A DNA stretch of 64,000 nucleotides. Origin: Solirubrobacteraceae bacterium. GTDB taxonomy: Bacteria; Actinomycetota; Thermoleophilia; Solirubrobacterales; Solirubrobacteraceae. The notes below the pieces were generated by a model. It worked only from the letters and a program-made list of their open reading frames with translations, made no database searches and was not told where the DNA came from. Positions 46,673-58,243 of this stretch are shown piece after piece (positions within the stretch are counted from its first letter, which is position 1; every line of letters starts with the position of its first letter). The stretch is from the NCBI GenBank assembly GCA_030447275.1, contig JAUJPF010000001.1, forward strand, positions 90,999 to 154,998, in the 5' to 3' direction. The position numbers and the translations under genes were made by a program.

Positions 46673-46785
46673 TGCGGTTCCTTGGATGGCCCGGTGTTCC
46701 ACAAGCTTACACATTCTGTTGAACCTTGCAAGGCCAACGTGTTGAAGGTTGCGGTCCGGCCCTTCGGCAGACAGGATCAGGAGCG

Positions 46786-48231
46786 GTGCCCCGCAACCCG
46801 AACCGCCTGACCGCGCTCGACTCCGCCTTTCTCCACATCGAGGAGTCCGGCGCCCACATGCACGTCGCGTCGGTGATGACGTTCGCCGGCGACCCGCCGG
46901 CCTACGACGACCTGCTGGAGGCGCTCGACTCGCGCCTGCACCTCGTCCCGCGCTACCGCCAGCGGCTCGCGCGCGTCCCGCTCGAGCAGGGGCGCCCCGT
47001 CTGGGTCGACGACCCCCACTTCAACCTGCGCTACCACCTGCGCCACACCGGGCTGCCCGCCCCGGGGGGCGAGGACGAGCTCAAGCGGCTGGCCGGGCGG
47101 CTGTTCAGCCAGCAGCTCGACCGCAGCAAGCCGCTGTGGGAGATCTGGCTCGTCGACGGCCTCGCCGGCGACCGCTTCGCGATCATCGGCAAGACCCACC
47201 ACGCGCTGGTCGACGGCGTCTCGGGCGTCGACATCACCACGGTGCTCTTCGACACCCAGCCCGAGCCGGCGCCGACCGCGCCGCCGGAGCGCCCGTGGGC
47301 GGCGAAGCCGCCGCCGGGCCGGGCCCAGCTCCTGGCCGAGGCGCTCGTCGAGCGCGCGACGGACCCGGCCGAGGCGTACCGCGCAGCGCGGTCGCTCGTC
47401 CGCGCGCCGCGGCGCGTCGCACGCGAGCTCGAGACGAACGTCGCCGGCGTCGGCGCCGCGCTGAGCGCCCTGCTGCGCCCCGCGCCGCCGTCGCCGCTGA
47501 ACGTCGCGATCGGCCCGCACCGCCGCTACACGTGGGTCGACGGCGACCTCCCCGAGTTCAAGGCGATCAAGGACGAGCTGGGCGGCACGATCAACGACGT
47601 CGTGCTCACCGCGGTGACCCTCGCCCTCGGCCGCTGGCTGCGCCGCCACGGCTTCCCGACCGAGGACGACCTCGAGCTGCGCGCGCTCGTCCCGGTGTCG
47701 GTCCGGGCCGATGTCGAGCGCGGCGCGCTCGGCAACCGCGTCGCGGCGATGTACGCCCCGCTCCCGGTGGGGATCGAGAACGCGGAGGAGGCGTACCGCC
47801 GCGTACACGAGGCGATGGCCGGGCTCAAGGAGTCGGGCCAGGCGGTGGGCGCGCAGGTCATCACCCAGCTCGGCGACTTCGCCCCGCCGACGATCCTGAG
47901 TCAGGCGGCCCGCCTGCAGACGCGTCAGCGCTGGTTCAACCTCGTGGTGACGAACGTCCCCGGGCCGCAGTTCCCGCTCTACGTGCTCGGCCACCGGCTC
48001 GAGCGCCTGTACCCGGTCGTCCCGCTGACGCCGAGGCAGGCGCTCGGCATCGCGATCATGAGCTACGACGGCCGGCTCGGGTTCGGGCTGCTCGGCGACT
48101 ACGACGCGCTCGCCGACATCGAGGACCTGGCGGGCGACCTCGACGCCGCGATCGGCCTGCTCGCGCGCGCCGCCGGCGTGCGGCGCCGGTTCGGGACGCG
48201 CCGGCGCACCCCGGCCCCCGCGTCGTCGTGA
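46786..48231 (+). CDS. Wax ester synthase / diacylglycerol acyltransferase (WS/DGAT) family protein
   Basis: HMHVASV, HHALVDGVSG (HHxxxDG active site) and NVPGP motifs. GTG start at 46786. Confidence 0.9.
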   Translation: MPRNPNRLTALDSAFLHIEESGAHMHVASVMTFAGDPPAYDDLLEALDSRLHLVPRYRQRLARVPLEQGRPVWVDDPHFNLRYHLRHTGLPAPGGEDELKRLAGRLFSQQLDRSKPLWEIWLVDGLAGDRFAIIGKTHHALVDGVSGVDITTVLFDTQPEPAPTAPPERPWAAKPPPGRAQLLAEALVERATDPAEAYRAARSLVRAPRRVARELETNVAGVGAALSALLRPAPPSPLNVAIGPHRRYTWVDGDLPEFKAIKDELGGTINDVVLTAVTLALGRWLRRHGFPTEDDLELRALVPVSVRADVERGALGNRVAAMYAPLPVGIENAEEAYRRVHEAMAGLKESGQAVGAQVITQLGDFAPPTILSQAARLQTRQRWFNLVVTNVPGPQFPLYVLGHRLERLYPVVPLTPRQALGIAIMSYDGRLGFGLLGDYDALADIEDLAGDLDAAIGLLARAAGVRRRFGTRRRTPAPASS

Positions 48232-48632
48232 GGCGCGGCGCGATGGTCGCCGCGGTGGCCGTGCTCACGGTCGCTGCCGTCATCGGGGTGCTCGCGTTCT
48301 TCAACTCGCGCGACGACTCGACGATCAGCGAGCGCGGCGGCGCGGCGCCGGGGAAGGCCGACCCGGGCGCGACGCGCGACGAGCTGAAGCGCGGCAACGT
48401 GGTCCTGCACTTCTCGGACCCGGCCGACGCGCCCACCCTGCGCCGGCTGGCCAGGGAGTTCGGCCCCCCGTCGCTCGCCGGCGAAGGCCAGGCGGTCCTG
48501 GTGCGCCGGACGCCCGGGACCCCCGGCGTCACCGCCGAGGCGTACAAGCGGCGGCTCGAGGCCCCGCGCCCCGACGACCCGGACCTGCGCGAGTTCATCG
48601 ACTACTGGCTCGGTCGCGGCGCGGTGCCATGA
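48228..48632 (+). CDS. Membrane-anchored hypothetical protein
   Basis: The GTG overlaps the WS/DGAT stop (GTGA). TM helix VAAVAVLTVAAVIGVLAFF, then a soluble domain. Alternative start at ATG 48243. Confidence 0.55.
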   Translation: MRRGAMVAAVAVLTVAAVIGVLAFFNSRDDSTISERGGAAPGKADPGATRDELKRGNVVLHFSDPADAPTLRRLAREFGPPSLAGEGQAVLVRRTPGTPGVTAEAYKRRLEAPRPDDPDLREFIDYWLGRGAVP

Positions 48633-48643
48633 TCTGAGAGGCC

Positions 48644-50362
48644 ATGCGCCTCGCCCTAGCGCAGATCGACGCCACCGTCGGCGACCTCGCCGGCAACGAA
48701 CGCCGGATCGTCGAGCGCCTCGACGAGGCGCGCGCGGCCGGCGCGCGGCTCGTCCTCTTCCCGGAGTGCGCGGTCAGCGGCTACCCCGCCGAGGACCTGC
48801 TGCTCAAGGACCACTTCCTCGCCGACTGCCGCGCCGCGCTCGACCGGATCGCCGAGCACACGGACGGCGTCGTGGCCGTCGTCGGGTTCCCCGAGCGCGC
48901 GCACGACGTCTTCAACTCCGCGGCCGTGCTCGCCGACGGCGAGGTCCGCGCGGTCTACCGCAAGATGCACCTGCCGAACTACGGCGTCTTCGACGAGGTG
49001 CGCTACTTCCAAGCCGGCAACCAGCCGGCGGTGATCGAGGTCGACGGCGTGCTCGTCGGGCTGACGGTCTGCGAGGACGTCTGGCAGCCCGGCCCGCCCG
49101 CGTCGCTCGAGGCGCTCGCCGGGGCGCAGCTCATCGTCAACATCTCCGCCTCGCCGTACGACCGTGGTAAGCCGGCGCGGCGCGAGCAGATGATCGTCCA
49201 GCGCGCGCGCGACTACGTGGCGGCGATGGCGTTCTGCGCGCTCGTCGGCGGCCAGGACGAGCTCGTCTTCGACGGCCACTCGTTCGTGTGCGACCACGAC
49301 GGCGCGATCGTCGCGCGCGCGCCCGGCTTCGCCGAGCACCTGCTCCTCTGCGACGTCGACCCCTCGGCCACCCGGCGCGGGCGCCTGCGCGACACGCGCC
49401 ACCGCGTCGCGGCGCGGGAGCTCGAGGCCGGGGTTCCCACGGTCGCCCGCCTGCGCCAGGCTCCGGCGCTCGCGGGCGCGCAGCCGGTCGCGCCGACCGT
49501 CGCGCCGTTCCTCGACCCTGACGCCGAGGTCTACGCCGCGCTCGTCACCGGCCTGCGCGACTACGTCGAGAAGAACGGCTTCGACCACGTCGTGCTCGGC
49601 CTCTCGGGCGGGATCGACTCGACGCTCGTCACGCTGCTCGCCGTCGACGCGCTCGGCGCCGGCCGCGTGAGCGCGGTGAGCATGCCCTCGCGCTACTCGT
49701 CGGAGGGGACGCGGTCCGACGCGCGCGCGCTGGCCGAGAACCTCGGGATCGACTTCCGCGAGCTGCCGATCGCCGCGCCCATGGGCGTCTACGACGAGGT
49801 GCTCGCCGACGCGTTCGCGGACCGCGAGCCCGACATCACCGAGGAGAACCTCCAGGCGCGCATCCGCGGGAACATCCTCATGGCGCTGTCGAACAAGTTC
49901 GGCTGGCTCGTGCTGACGACCGGCAACAAGTCCGAGCTGAGCGTCGGCTACTCGACGCTCTACGGCGACACCGCCGGCGGCTTCGCGGTGATCAAGGACG
50001 TGCCGAAGACGCTCGTCTACCGGCTCGTCGCCGTGCGCGCCGAGCGCGACCCGGTGTCGCCGATCCCCGAGACGATCGTCACGCGCGCGCCCAGCGCCGA
50101 GCTGCGCCCCGACCAGACCGACCAGGACTCGCTGCCCGACTACGACACGCTCGACGCCATCCTCGAGCTCTACGTCGAGGAGGACCTCGGGCGCGAGCAG
50201 ATCATCGCGCGCGGCCTGCCCGACGACGCCGTCGACCGCGTCATCGGCCTGGTCGACCTCGCCGAGTACAAGCGCCGCCAGAACCCGCCGGGGATCCGGA
50301 TCACCTCGAAGGCGTTCGGGCGCGACCGGCGGATGCCGATCACCAACCGGTATCGAGGCTGA
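48644..50362 (+). CDS. nadE: Glutamine-dependent NAD+ synthetase
   Basis: N-terminal nitrilase/CN-hydrolase domain (LVLFPECAVSGYP, CED) plus the synthetase domain (GLSGGIDS, GNKSELSVGYSTLYGD). Confidence 0.95.
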   Translation: MRLALAQIDATVGDLAGNERRIVERLDEARAAGARLVLFPECAVSGYPAEDLLLKDHFLADCRAALDRIAEHTDGVVAVVGFPERAHDVFNSAAVLADGEVRAVYRKMHLPNYGVFDEVRYFQAGNQPAVIEVDGVLVGLTVCEDVWQPGPPASLEALAGAQLIVNISASPYDRGKPARREQMIVQRARDYVAAMAFCALVGGQDELVFDGHSFVCDHDGAIVARAPGFAEHLLLCDVDPSATRRGRLRDTRHRVAARELEAGVPTVARLRQAPALAGAQPVAPTVAPFLDPDAEVYAALVTGLRDYVEKNGFDHVVLGLSGGIDSTLVTLLAVDALGAGRVSAVSMPSRYSSEGTRSDARALAENLGIDFRELPIAAPMGVYDEVLADAFADREPDITEENLQARIRGNILMALSNKFGWLVLTTGNKSELSVGYSTLYGDTAGGFAVIKDVPKTLVYRLVAVRAERDPVSPIPETIVTRAPSAELRPDQTDQDSLPDYDTLDAILELYVEEDLGREQIIARGLPDDAVDRVIGLVDLAEYKRRQNPPGIRITSKAFGRDRRMPITNRYRG

Positions 50363-51377
50363 GGCCGGCGGCGAGCGTCGCGACCACGCGGTGCGGTTCC
50401 CGCACGATCTGCCGCCACGTCACACGCAGCACACGATGGCCCGCCACCTGGAGCGCCGCGTCGCGCGCCCGGTCGCGCTCGAACGCCTGCCGACCGGCGT
50501 GGAACGCATAGCCGTCGACCTCGACGACGAGCCGCTCGCGAGGCCACAGCAGGTCGACCTCGAAGGGTCCCAGGCGTGCGTTCGCGACCGGGTGCGGCAG
50601 CCCGGCCTTCCTCACGAGCCCGAGCAGCCGTCGCTCGGCCTCCGATCGGGTGAGAGCGGGCGTGTCGAGGTCGGCGAGGATCGCGCGGAGGGCGCCGACG
50701 CCGCGGCGCGGGCCGGCGGCGTGGGCTTCACCGAGGAGGTCGCGGTCCGTCGTCAGGTGCCGGACCATTGCCGCTTCCACCGTGCGCTCCGTCTCCCTGC
50801 ACGGAAGCAGCGCGGCGAGGTCTATCAGGGTCCGTGCGGGGGTTGTGAGGGCGAGGCCGTGTCGACACATGACCTCGTCCGGCCGCAGGCTCGAGCGGTG
50901 CACGATGATGCCGCGATGGCGCGGTCGCCCGCTGCTCACCGTGACATGGATCGGCCCGGGGCGCGGCGGACGCAGCTCCCACAGCGCGGCGGCGGCGTGG
51001 TGGCTGAGCGCTGCTGTGGGGCCGCAGGCGAGAAGCGCCGCGGACAGCTCGGTGAAGGAGTCGGTGATCGGGCCGGCGAGGTACACGCCATGATGGAGCC
51101 GCGTCAGCCGGCCGTGCGTGCTCCGGTGTGCAATCGCGTCGCGGGTCAGCCCCGCCACGCGAAGCTGCGCGTACGACACGACGCCATGCTGCCGGGCGGC
51201 GACCTCGGCGACCCGTATATCCCTCCAGTCGCGCACGTTCTCCGGCCGCGTGGACGCTTCGTCGGCTCTGGCGCGAAGACGTGACCACTCGTTCGGGGAG
51301 GCGGCGCGAGTGGACGGTGGTGCGGGTTCCGGCATCACGCGGGGACGATGACGCGCCGGGATCCCCCGCTCGAGCAA
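50340..51377 (-). CDS. AbiEi-like N-terminal domain + DUF559 (Vsr-like endonuclease fold) protein
   Basis: GVVSYAQLRVAGLTRDAIAHRSTHGRLTRLHHGVY ... VDLLWPRERLVVEVDGYAFH. The start is uncertain (ATG 51335 is an alternative). The 3' end overlaps nadE by 23 nt. Confidence 0.7.
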   Translation of the reverse strand: MLERGIPARHRPRVMPEPAPPSTRAASPNEWSRLRARADEASTRPENVRDWRDIRVAEVAARQHGVVSYAQLRVAGLTRDAIAHRSTHGRLTRLHHGVYLAGPITDSFTELSAALLACGPTAALSHHAAAALWELRPPRPGPIHVTVSSGRPRHRGIIVHRSSLRPDEVMCRHGLALTTPARTLIDLAALLPCRETERTVEAAMVRHLTTDRDLLGEAHAAGPRRGVGALRAILADLDTPALTRSEAERRLLGLVRKAGLPHPVANARLGPFEVDLLWPRERLVVEVDGYAFHAGRQAFERDRARDAALQVAGHRVLRVTWRQIVREPHRVVATLAAGLSLDTGW

Positions 51378-51402
51378 TCGCGCGCGTCACGACACACGTT
51401 CC

Positions 51403-52032
51403 TCACTGAGCTGTTGCGAACCTGACGGAAACCGCGAGGAACCACAGACCGGCAAGAAGCGTCTCCGCGTCGCCGCCGCCGAGCTCGGCGGCGAGCGCGT
51501 CCGGGGTGAACCAGCGCTTGTAGACGCGGTGGCGGCTCCCGTCGTCGAGCTCGCGCTCCTGCCAGGCCTCGTCCGGCTCGCCCTCGCGCAGCGCCGAGTC
51601 GACGACGACCAGCTCGGAGGCGACGCGGCGGGCCTCGCTCAGGAACGCCGCGCGCTCCTCGCCCGCCAGGTGGCCGTAGAAGTGGCCGGCCAGCACACGG
51701 TCGAAGGCGCCGTCGGCGAACGGCAGCGCGAGCGCGTCGCCGACGAGCGCAAGGCCCTCGGGCAGGCGCGACTGCGCGATCCGCACCATCCCCGCGCTCT
51801 GGTCGAGGCCGACGACGAAGCCGCGCAGGTGGAGGGTCAGGAACGCCGTCCCGCAGGCGACGTCGAGCGTCCGCGCCGGCGGCAGCGCGGCGAGCGCCGC
51901 GGTCAGCGCGTCGCGCTCGGCGTCCCACCCCGGCCGGTCGCGCGAGGCGAAGCGCCCGGTCCCGAGGTACCAGTCGTCGTACTCGGCCGCCCGCGCCTCG
52001 TAGTAGGAGCGCATCGCGGGGTCACGGGTCAC
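51403..52032 (-). CDS. Class I SAM-dependent methyltransferase
   Basis: YYEARAAEYDDWY ... LDVACGTAFLT ... 209 aa. Confidence 0.8.
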   Translation of the reverse strand: MTRDPAMRSYYEARAAEYDDWYLGTGRFASRDRPGWDAERDALTAALAALPPARTLDVACGTAFLTLHLRGFVVGLDQSAGMVRIAQSRLPEGLALVGDALALPFADGAFDRVLAGHFYGHLAGEERAAFLSEARRVASELVVVDSALREGEPDEAWQERELDDGSRHRVYKRWFTPDALAAELGGGDAETLLAGLWFLAVSVRFATAQ

Positions 52033-52687
52033 GCCGGCACCACCAGGCCTCCGCGCGCAGCGGGATGACGACGTCGTCGTCGGCGAGCGAGGCGAGCACG
52101 CGCGCGCGCTCGTCCTCGGGCAGCACGGCGACGCCGCTCCACGACGCGACGTGCGCCCGCCAGCCGTCGGCGTCGAGGCGCAGCACGTGCTCGGCGCCGA
52201 CCAGCTCCGGCTCGGTGAAGCGGCCGCGCAGCGGATCCCGCCAGGCGCCCGACTCGCGCGCCTTCGTCGGCGAGAACGGCCGCTTCGGCAGCGCCGGCAG
52301 CGCCCCGAGCGACGGCAGCCCCTGGCCGGGGACGTGCCAGAGCAGGACGAGGAGGCCGCCGGGCCGCAGCACCCGCGCGATCTCCGCCGCCGCCGCGTCG
52401 GTCGCGAACCAGTGGAAGGCGTCGGCGACGAGCACGGCCTCGACGGAGCCGTCGCCGAGCGGGATCGCCTCGGCGTGCCCGACCAGCGCCTCGGCGTGCG
52501 GCGCCTCGAGGCGCAGCCGGTCGAGCATCGCCTGCGACGGGTCGACCGCGAACACCGGCGCGTCGAGCAGGCGGGTGAGCTTCCGCGTGCCGGCGGCGAG
52601 GTCGAGCTTCGGGCCGTCGGGAAGCGGGAGCGCGTCGAGGAGCTCCGGCGGCCACCCCGGCCGCCCGCGCTCGTAGAGGGCGGCCAC
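52022..52687 (-). CDS. Class I SAM-dependent methyltransferase
   Basis: LDLAAGTRKLT ... LVADAFHWF. The probable start is GTG 52687 (after AGGAGG), since the 52789 start would overlap the thioesterase gene. Confidence 0.7.
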   Translation of the reverse strand: MAALYERGRPGWPPELLDALPLPDGPKLDLAAGTRKLTRLLDAPVFAVDPSQAMLDRLRLEAPHAEALVGHAEAIPLGDGSVEAVLVADAFHWFATDAAAAEIARVLRPGGLLVLLWHVPGQGLPSLGALPALPKRPFSPTKARESGAWRDPLRGRFTEPELVGAEHVLRLDADGWRAHVASWSGVAVLPEDERARVLASLADDDVVIPLRAEAWWCRRDP

Positions 52688-52710
52688 GCCCTCCTGGAGC
52701 CAGGCGCGGC

Positions 52711-53109
52711 TCAGCGCACGGCGATCGTCATGCGCGTCACGGCGCACCGGCGGCCCTGGTCGTCGGAGATGTCGACGTCCCACACCCACGTCGTCCGGCC
52801 GCGGTGGATCCGCCGGGCGACGGCGTGAACGTTCCCCTCGGTGATCGGCCGCATGAACGACGTGGCGTTCGACAGGCCCATCGCCTGCTTGCCGTCGCCG
52901 GCCACCGCGACGGCGGTCGCCATCGACGCCAGCGACTCGCCGATCGAGGCGAAGACGCCGCCGTGGACCAGGCCCATCGGCTGCTTGATCTCGTCGCGGA
53001 CGGGGACCGTCGCGCGCACCTCGTCCTCGCTTACCGACTCCATGTCGATCCGCAGTCCGTACAGCGCGTCGAACGTCCTCTCGAGCGGGATGACGGGACC
53101 GTCAGGCAT
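52711..53109 (-). CDS. PaaI-family hotdog thioesterase
   Basis: QPMGLVHGGVFASIGESLAS ... GRTTWVWDVDI. Confidence 0.85.
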   Translation of the reverse strand: MPDGPVIPLERTFDALYGLRIDMESVSEDEVRATVPVRDEIKQPMGLVHGGVFASIGESLASMATAVAVAGDGKQAMGLSNATSFMRPITEGNVHAVARRIHRGRTTWVWDVDISDDQGRRCAVTRMTIAVR

Positions 53110-53144
53110 GCCGGCGGACCCTACCGATTACAGTTCCCCAGCCG

Positions 53145-54142
53145 ATGGCCAGGATCGACGACCTCAGACCCGACCAGCGCGCCGCGCTCCAGCTCCTGCT
53201 CCAGCAGGGCCGCAGCTACGAGGACATCGCCGGTCTGCTGCGGATGGAGCCCTCCGCCGTGCGCGAGCGGGCGCACTCCGCGCTGGACTCGCTGGGGCCC
53301 GAGGACGTCCCCGACCTGAGCATCGAGCAGCAGGACGACATCGCCGACTACCTGCTCGGCCAGCAGTCGGCGTCGCAGCGCGCCGGCACCCGCGACTTCC
53401 TCGAGCGCTCCGCCGCCGGCCGCGCGTGGGCGCGGGCCGTCTCCAGCGAGCTGCGGCCGCTCGCCGGCGACAACCTGCCCGAGATCCCCGCGGAGGCGGC
53501 CGAGGTCGACGAGGCCTTCGGCGCGCTGGAGGCGCGCACCGCCCACCGCGAGCGCACCGAGCGGTCCTCGCGCGTCGGCGGCGCGATCCTCATCGGCGCG
53601 GCGGTGCTCGCGCTCGTCGGGCTGGTGGCGCTCGGCATCAGCGTGCTCGGCGGCGGCGACGGCGGCGGCGACGACGACTCGCGCGCGACCGGGACGACGA
53701 CGACGGCCACACAGGCCCGGACCCAGCCGGCGGGCGAGCCCAGCGTGGTCGCGCAGATCAACCTGACCTCGCCCGAGGGCAACCGCAACATCCGCGGCGT
53801 GGCCCAGATCGCCGAGCAGCAGGGCACCCGCGCGATCGCGCTCGTCGCCGAGGGCTTCCCGCGCGCGACGAAGAGCCGCTTCTACGCGATCTGGGTCTAC
53901 CAGAGCGCCGAGAAGGCGCGCCGCCTCGGCTTCCCGCCGCAGCCCGACGAGAAGGGCCGGATCGCCACGAGCTTCCCGTACCCGAAGGACGCCAAGGACT
54001 TCGAGCAGCTCGTCGTCACGCAGGAGTCCCAGCAGTCGCCTCAGCGGCCGGGGAAGATCATCCTCAGCGGCCCGCTCCAGGGCACGCCGGTCAGCGGGAC
54101 GGCGACGGGCCCGGCGACGCAGCCGCAGGGCCAGCCCGAGGG

Positions 54143-54146
<4 letters not shown>
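53145..54146 (+). CDS. Sigma-70 region-4-like HTH / TM / anti-sigma-K (RskA-like) C-terminal domain protein
   Basis: N-terminus LRPDQRAALQLLLQQGRSYEDIAGLLRMEPSAVRERAHSAL, TM helix GGAILIGAAVLALVGLVALGISVL, and an extracytoplasmic domain with YAIWVY and LVVTQE. Confidence 0.65.
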
Positions 54147-55747
<1,601 letters not shown>

Positions 55748-55755
55748 CGGCCCGC

Positions 55756-56190
55756 TCACACGATCCCCTCGAGCGCATCGAGCGCCTCGTCGAGCTGCTT
55801 GCGCGTCGCGCGCCTGAGCATCGTCCCGCCGCCGATGCGCGAGATCCCGCGCAGCTTGTGGCGCGTGGTGATCGTCACGCGCGTGCCGCCCTCCTCCGGC
55901 TCGGCCTCGATCGCCGTGCTCGACTCGCGCAGGAAGCCCTCGAACGGCGTGCCCTCGACGTCCTGGGCCCAGCGCAAGAGCCGCGGCGCCTCGTCCTCGA
56001 GGATCCGGAAGTCGGCGCGGATGTCCTTGCCCTTCTGGGTGCGCATGACCTGCGTGAAGCGCCCGCCGGAGACGCTCTCGACGCGCCGCACCTTCGGCCA
56101 CCAGCGCGGCTGGTGGTGGGGGTCGCCGAGGACCCGCCACACCTGCTCCGGCGGCGCCTCCAGCACCCGGGATCGCTTGATCGTCGGCAT
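55756..56190 (-). CDS. SRPBCC-family protein
   Basis: 144 aa. IKRSRVLEAPPEQVWRVLGDPHHQPRWWP. Confidence 0.75.
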   Translation of the reverse strand: MPTIKRSRVLEAPPEQVWRVLGDPHHQPRWWPKVRRVESVSGGRFTQVMRTQKGKDIRADFRILEDEAPRLLRWAQDVEGTPFEGFLRESSTAIEAEPEEGGTRVTITTRHKLRGISRIGGGTMLRRATRKQLDEALDALEGIV

Positions 56191-56709
56191 CTAGGAGTCG
56201 TACGCGATGAGCGCCTCGACGTCGTAGCCGTCGAGCCGCTTGCGCCCCTCGAGGAAGGTCAGCTCGACGAGGAAGCCGCAGGCCACGACGGTCCCGTCGG
56301 CGGCCTCGGCCAGCTCGCACAGCGCCCTGGCCGTGCCGCCGGTGGCGAGCAGGTCGTCGTGGACGAGCACCCGCTCGCCGGCTGACACCGCGTCGGTGTG
56401 CAGCTCGAGCGTGCCGCGCCCGTACTCGAGCTCGTACTCGGCGGTGACGGTGTCGTGCGGCAGCTTCCCCGGCCTGCGCGCGAGCACGAACCCCGCACCC
56501 AGCTCGCGGGCCACCGCCGGGCCGAGCAGGAAGCCGCGCGCCTCCGCGCCGACGACGAGGTCGGGCCGGCGGTCGCGGAAGCGGTCGGCCAGCGCGGCCA
56601 CGGCGGCGTCGAGCGCCGGGCCGTCGGCCAGCAGCGGGGTGATGTCCTTGAACACGACGCCGGGCTTGGGGAAGTCCGGTATGTCGCGGATGAACGGGCG
56701 GAGGTCCAC
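56191..56709 (-). CDS. apt: Adenine phosphoribosyltransferase
   Basis: IRDIPDFPKPGVVFKDITPLL ... VLVHDDLLATGGTA (PRPP motif). Confidence 0.93.
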   Translation of the reverse strand: MDLRPFIRDIPDFPKPGVVFKDITPLLADGPALDAAVAALADRFRDRRPDLVVGAEARGFLLGPAVARELGAGFVLARRPGKLPHDTVTAEYELEYGRGTLELHTDAVSAGERVLVHDDLLATGGTARALCELAEAADGTVVACGFLVELTFLEGRKRLDGYDVEALIAYDS

Positions 56710-56712
56710 TCG

Positions 56713-57483
56713 CTACCCGACGACCTGGCGCAGGTCGCGGATGAGCAGCAGGTGCTTGAGGTGCGTCGCGACGGCTGCGAGGTTCTCGAGCGCCTCGATC
56801 GCCTCCTTGCGCCGCTCGGGGTTGCGCGAGCGCAGGGCCGGGGCGAGGATCGTCTGGAGCAGCTGGGCCTCGCGGTCGGCGCTCGACCGGAACACGCGCA
56901 GGTTGCGCCCGCCGACCCCGTAGCGCGCGAGCTCGGTGACGGCGCGGACGATCTCGCGCTCGGTCTCGTCGTAGTACTTCGCCCCCGCGCGGTTCTGGCC
57001 CTTGATGACGCCGTACTCCTCGAGCTCGCGGATGAGCGCCGGGTCGGCCCGCGTCTCCTCGACGACCTCCTCGAGCGAGTAGAGCGCGTTCTGCCCCGCG
57101 GTGACCGAGACCGCCGAGCGCCGCGCACCGCCGCCGGCCGCGCGGCCCGGCCGCGCCGGCGCGACCTCGGGCTCGTCCGCGCGCCCCGACGCCAGCTCCT
57201 GGCGGATGACCCGCAGCGGGAGGAACTCGTCGCGCTGGAGGCGCAGGATCGTGCGCAGCCGGGCCACGTCGGACTGCGCGTACAGGCGGTAGCCGCCGGG
57301 CGTGCGGCGCGGCGAGAGCAGCTTCTGGTCCTCCAGGTACCGGATCTTCGAGATCGAGATGTCCGGGAACTCCTGCTTCAGCGCCTTCGTGACGGCGCCG
57401 ATCGTCATCGCCTTCTCGCGCCGGCCGTCCGGCGACTCGAGGATCTGCTCCTCCTCGGGCAGCTCGACGTCCATGCCGCTCAT
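56713..57483 (-). CDS. MerR-family transcriptional regulator (FtsR-like, two-domain)
   Basis: MTIGAVTKALKQEFPDISISKIRYLEDQKLLSPRRTPGGYRLY. ATGA overlap with the FHA gene at 57480-57483. Confidence 0.85.
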   Translation of the reverse strand: MSGMDVELPEEEQILESPDGRREKAMTIGAVTKALKQEFPDISISKIRYLEDQKLLSPRRTPGGYRLYAQSDVARLRTILRLQRDEFLPLRVIRQELASGRADEPEVAPARPGRAAGGGARRSAVSVTAGQNALYSLEEVVEETRADPALIRELEEYGVIKGQNRAGAKYYDETEREIVRAVTELARYGVGGRNLRVFRSSADREAQLLQTILAPALRSRNPERRKEAIEALENLAAVATHLKHLLLIRDLRQVVG

Positions 57484-57956
57484 CGCTGGAGGAAGGTGAG
57501 CTTGTACTTGCCGACCTGGAGCTCGTCGCCGTCGGCCAGCCGGTGCGACTCGATCCGCCGCCGGTTCACGTACGTCCCGTTCAGCGAGCCGAGGTCGTCG
57601 AGGTAGAAGTCGCCGTTGCGCTTCACGAGCAGCGCGTGGTCGCGCGAGACCGTCACGTCGTCGAGGAAGACGTCGGAGTCCGGCCGGCGGCCGATCGTCA
57701 TCCGGTCGCGCTCGAGCGGGAACGACTCCCCCACGCGTCCGCCTCCGGAGCGGATGACCAGCGCGGCGCCCTTCTCGGCGATCTCCTCGACGTCGACCGG
57801 GATCAGCTCGCCGGTCTCGCCGACGCGGTACGTCGCCGTCGTCGGCTCGCCGCCCGGCTTGACCTCGGTCTGCGGGTTGAGGTACGCGCCGCACTTCTGG
57901 CAGTAGTTGGCCCCCTCGCCGTTGAGGAAGCCGCATTCGGGGCAGTGGGCCGCCAA
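57480..57956 (-). CDS. Zinc-ribbon + FHA-domain protein
   Basis: CPECGFLNGEGANYCQKCG, then MTIGRRPDSDVFLDDVTVSRDHALL ... GSLNGTYVN. Confidence 0.9.
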   Translation of the reverse strand: MAAHCPECGFLNGEGANYCQKCGAYLNPQTEVKPGGEPTTATYRVGETGELIPVDVEEIAEKGAALVIRSGGGRVGESFPLERDRMTIGRRPDSDVFLDDVTVSRDHALLVKRNGDFYLDDLGSLNGTYVNRRRIESHRLADGDELQVGKYKLTFLQR

Positions 57957-57960
57957 CGCC

Positions 57961-58221
57961 CTACTCCGGCTGCTCGCCCTCCGCCCCGGACCGGCCGGCG
58001 AGGATGTCGGTGAGCCGCTGCACGTCGGCGCCGGTGATGACGTCCTCGCCCTGATCGTGCTTCTTGCGCAGGCGGTTGACCAGCTCCGCGCGGAGGATGT
58101 CGATCTTGCCGTGGAGGATCCGGCGCTTGTACGAGATGTCGACCTCCTCCTCGGTGAGCTGCTGGATGAGGTCCTTCAGCTCCTGGTCCGAGAGGCTGCC
58201 GAGATCGGGGAAGGTGTCCAT
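57961..58221 (-). CDS. RsiG-like single-motif coiled-coil protein (candidate c-di-GMP-binding anti-sigma factor family)
   Basis: 86 aa. LSDQELKDLIQQLTEEEVDISYKRRILHGKIDILRAELVNRL contains E26-x3-S30-x2-R33-x3-H37-x3-D41, against the recalled RsiG motif E(X)3S(X)2R(X)3Q(X)3D. Confidence 0.5.
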   Translation of the reverse strand: MDTFPDLGSLSDQELKDLIQQLTEEEVDISYKRRILHGKIDILRAELVNRLRKKHDQGEDVITGADVQRLTDILAGRSGAEGEQPE

Positions 58222-58243
58222 GGCGCCACCTTATCTCAGAAGT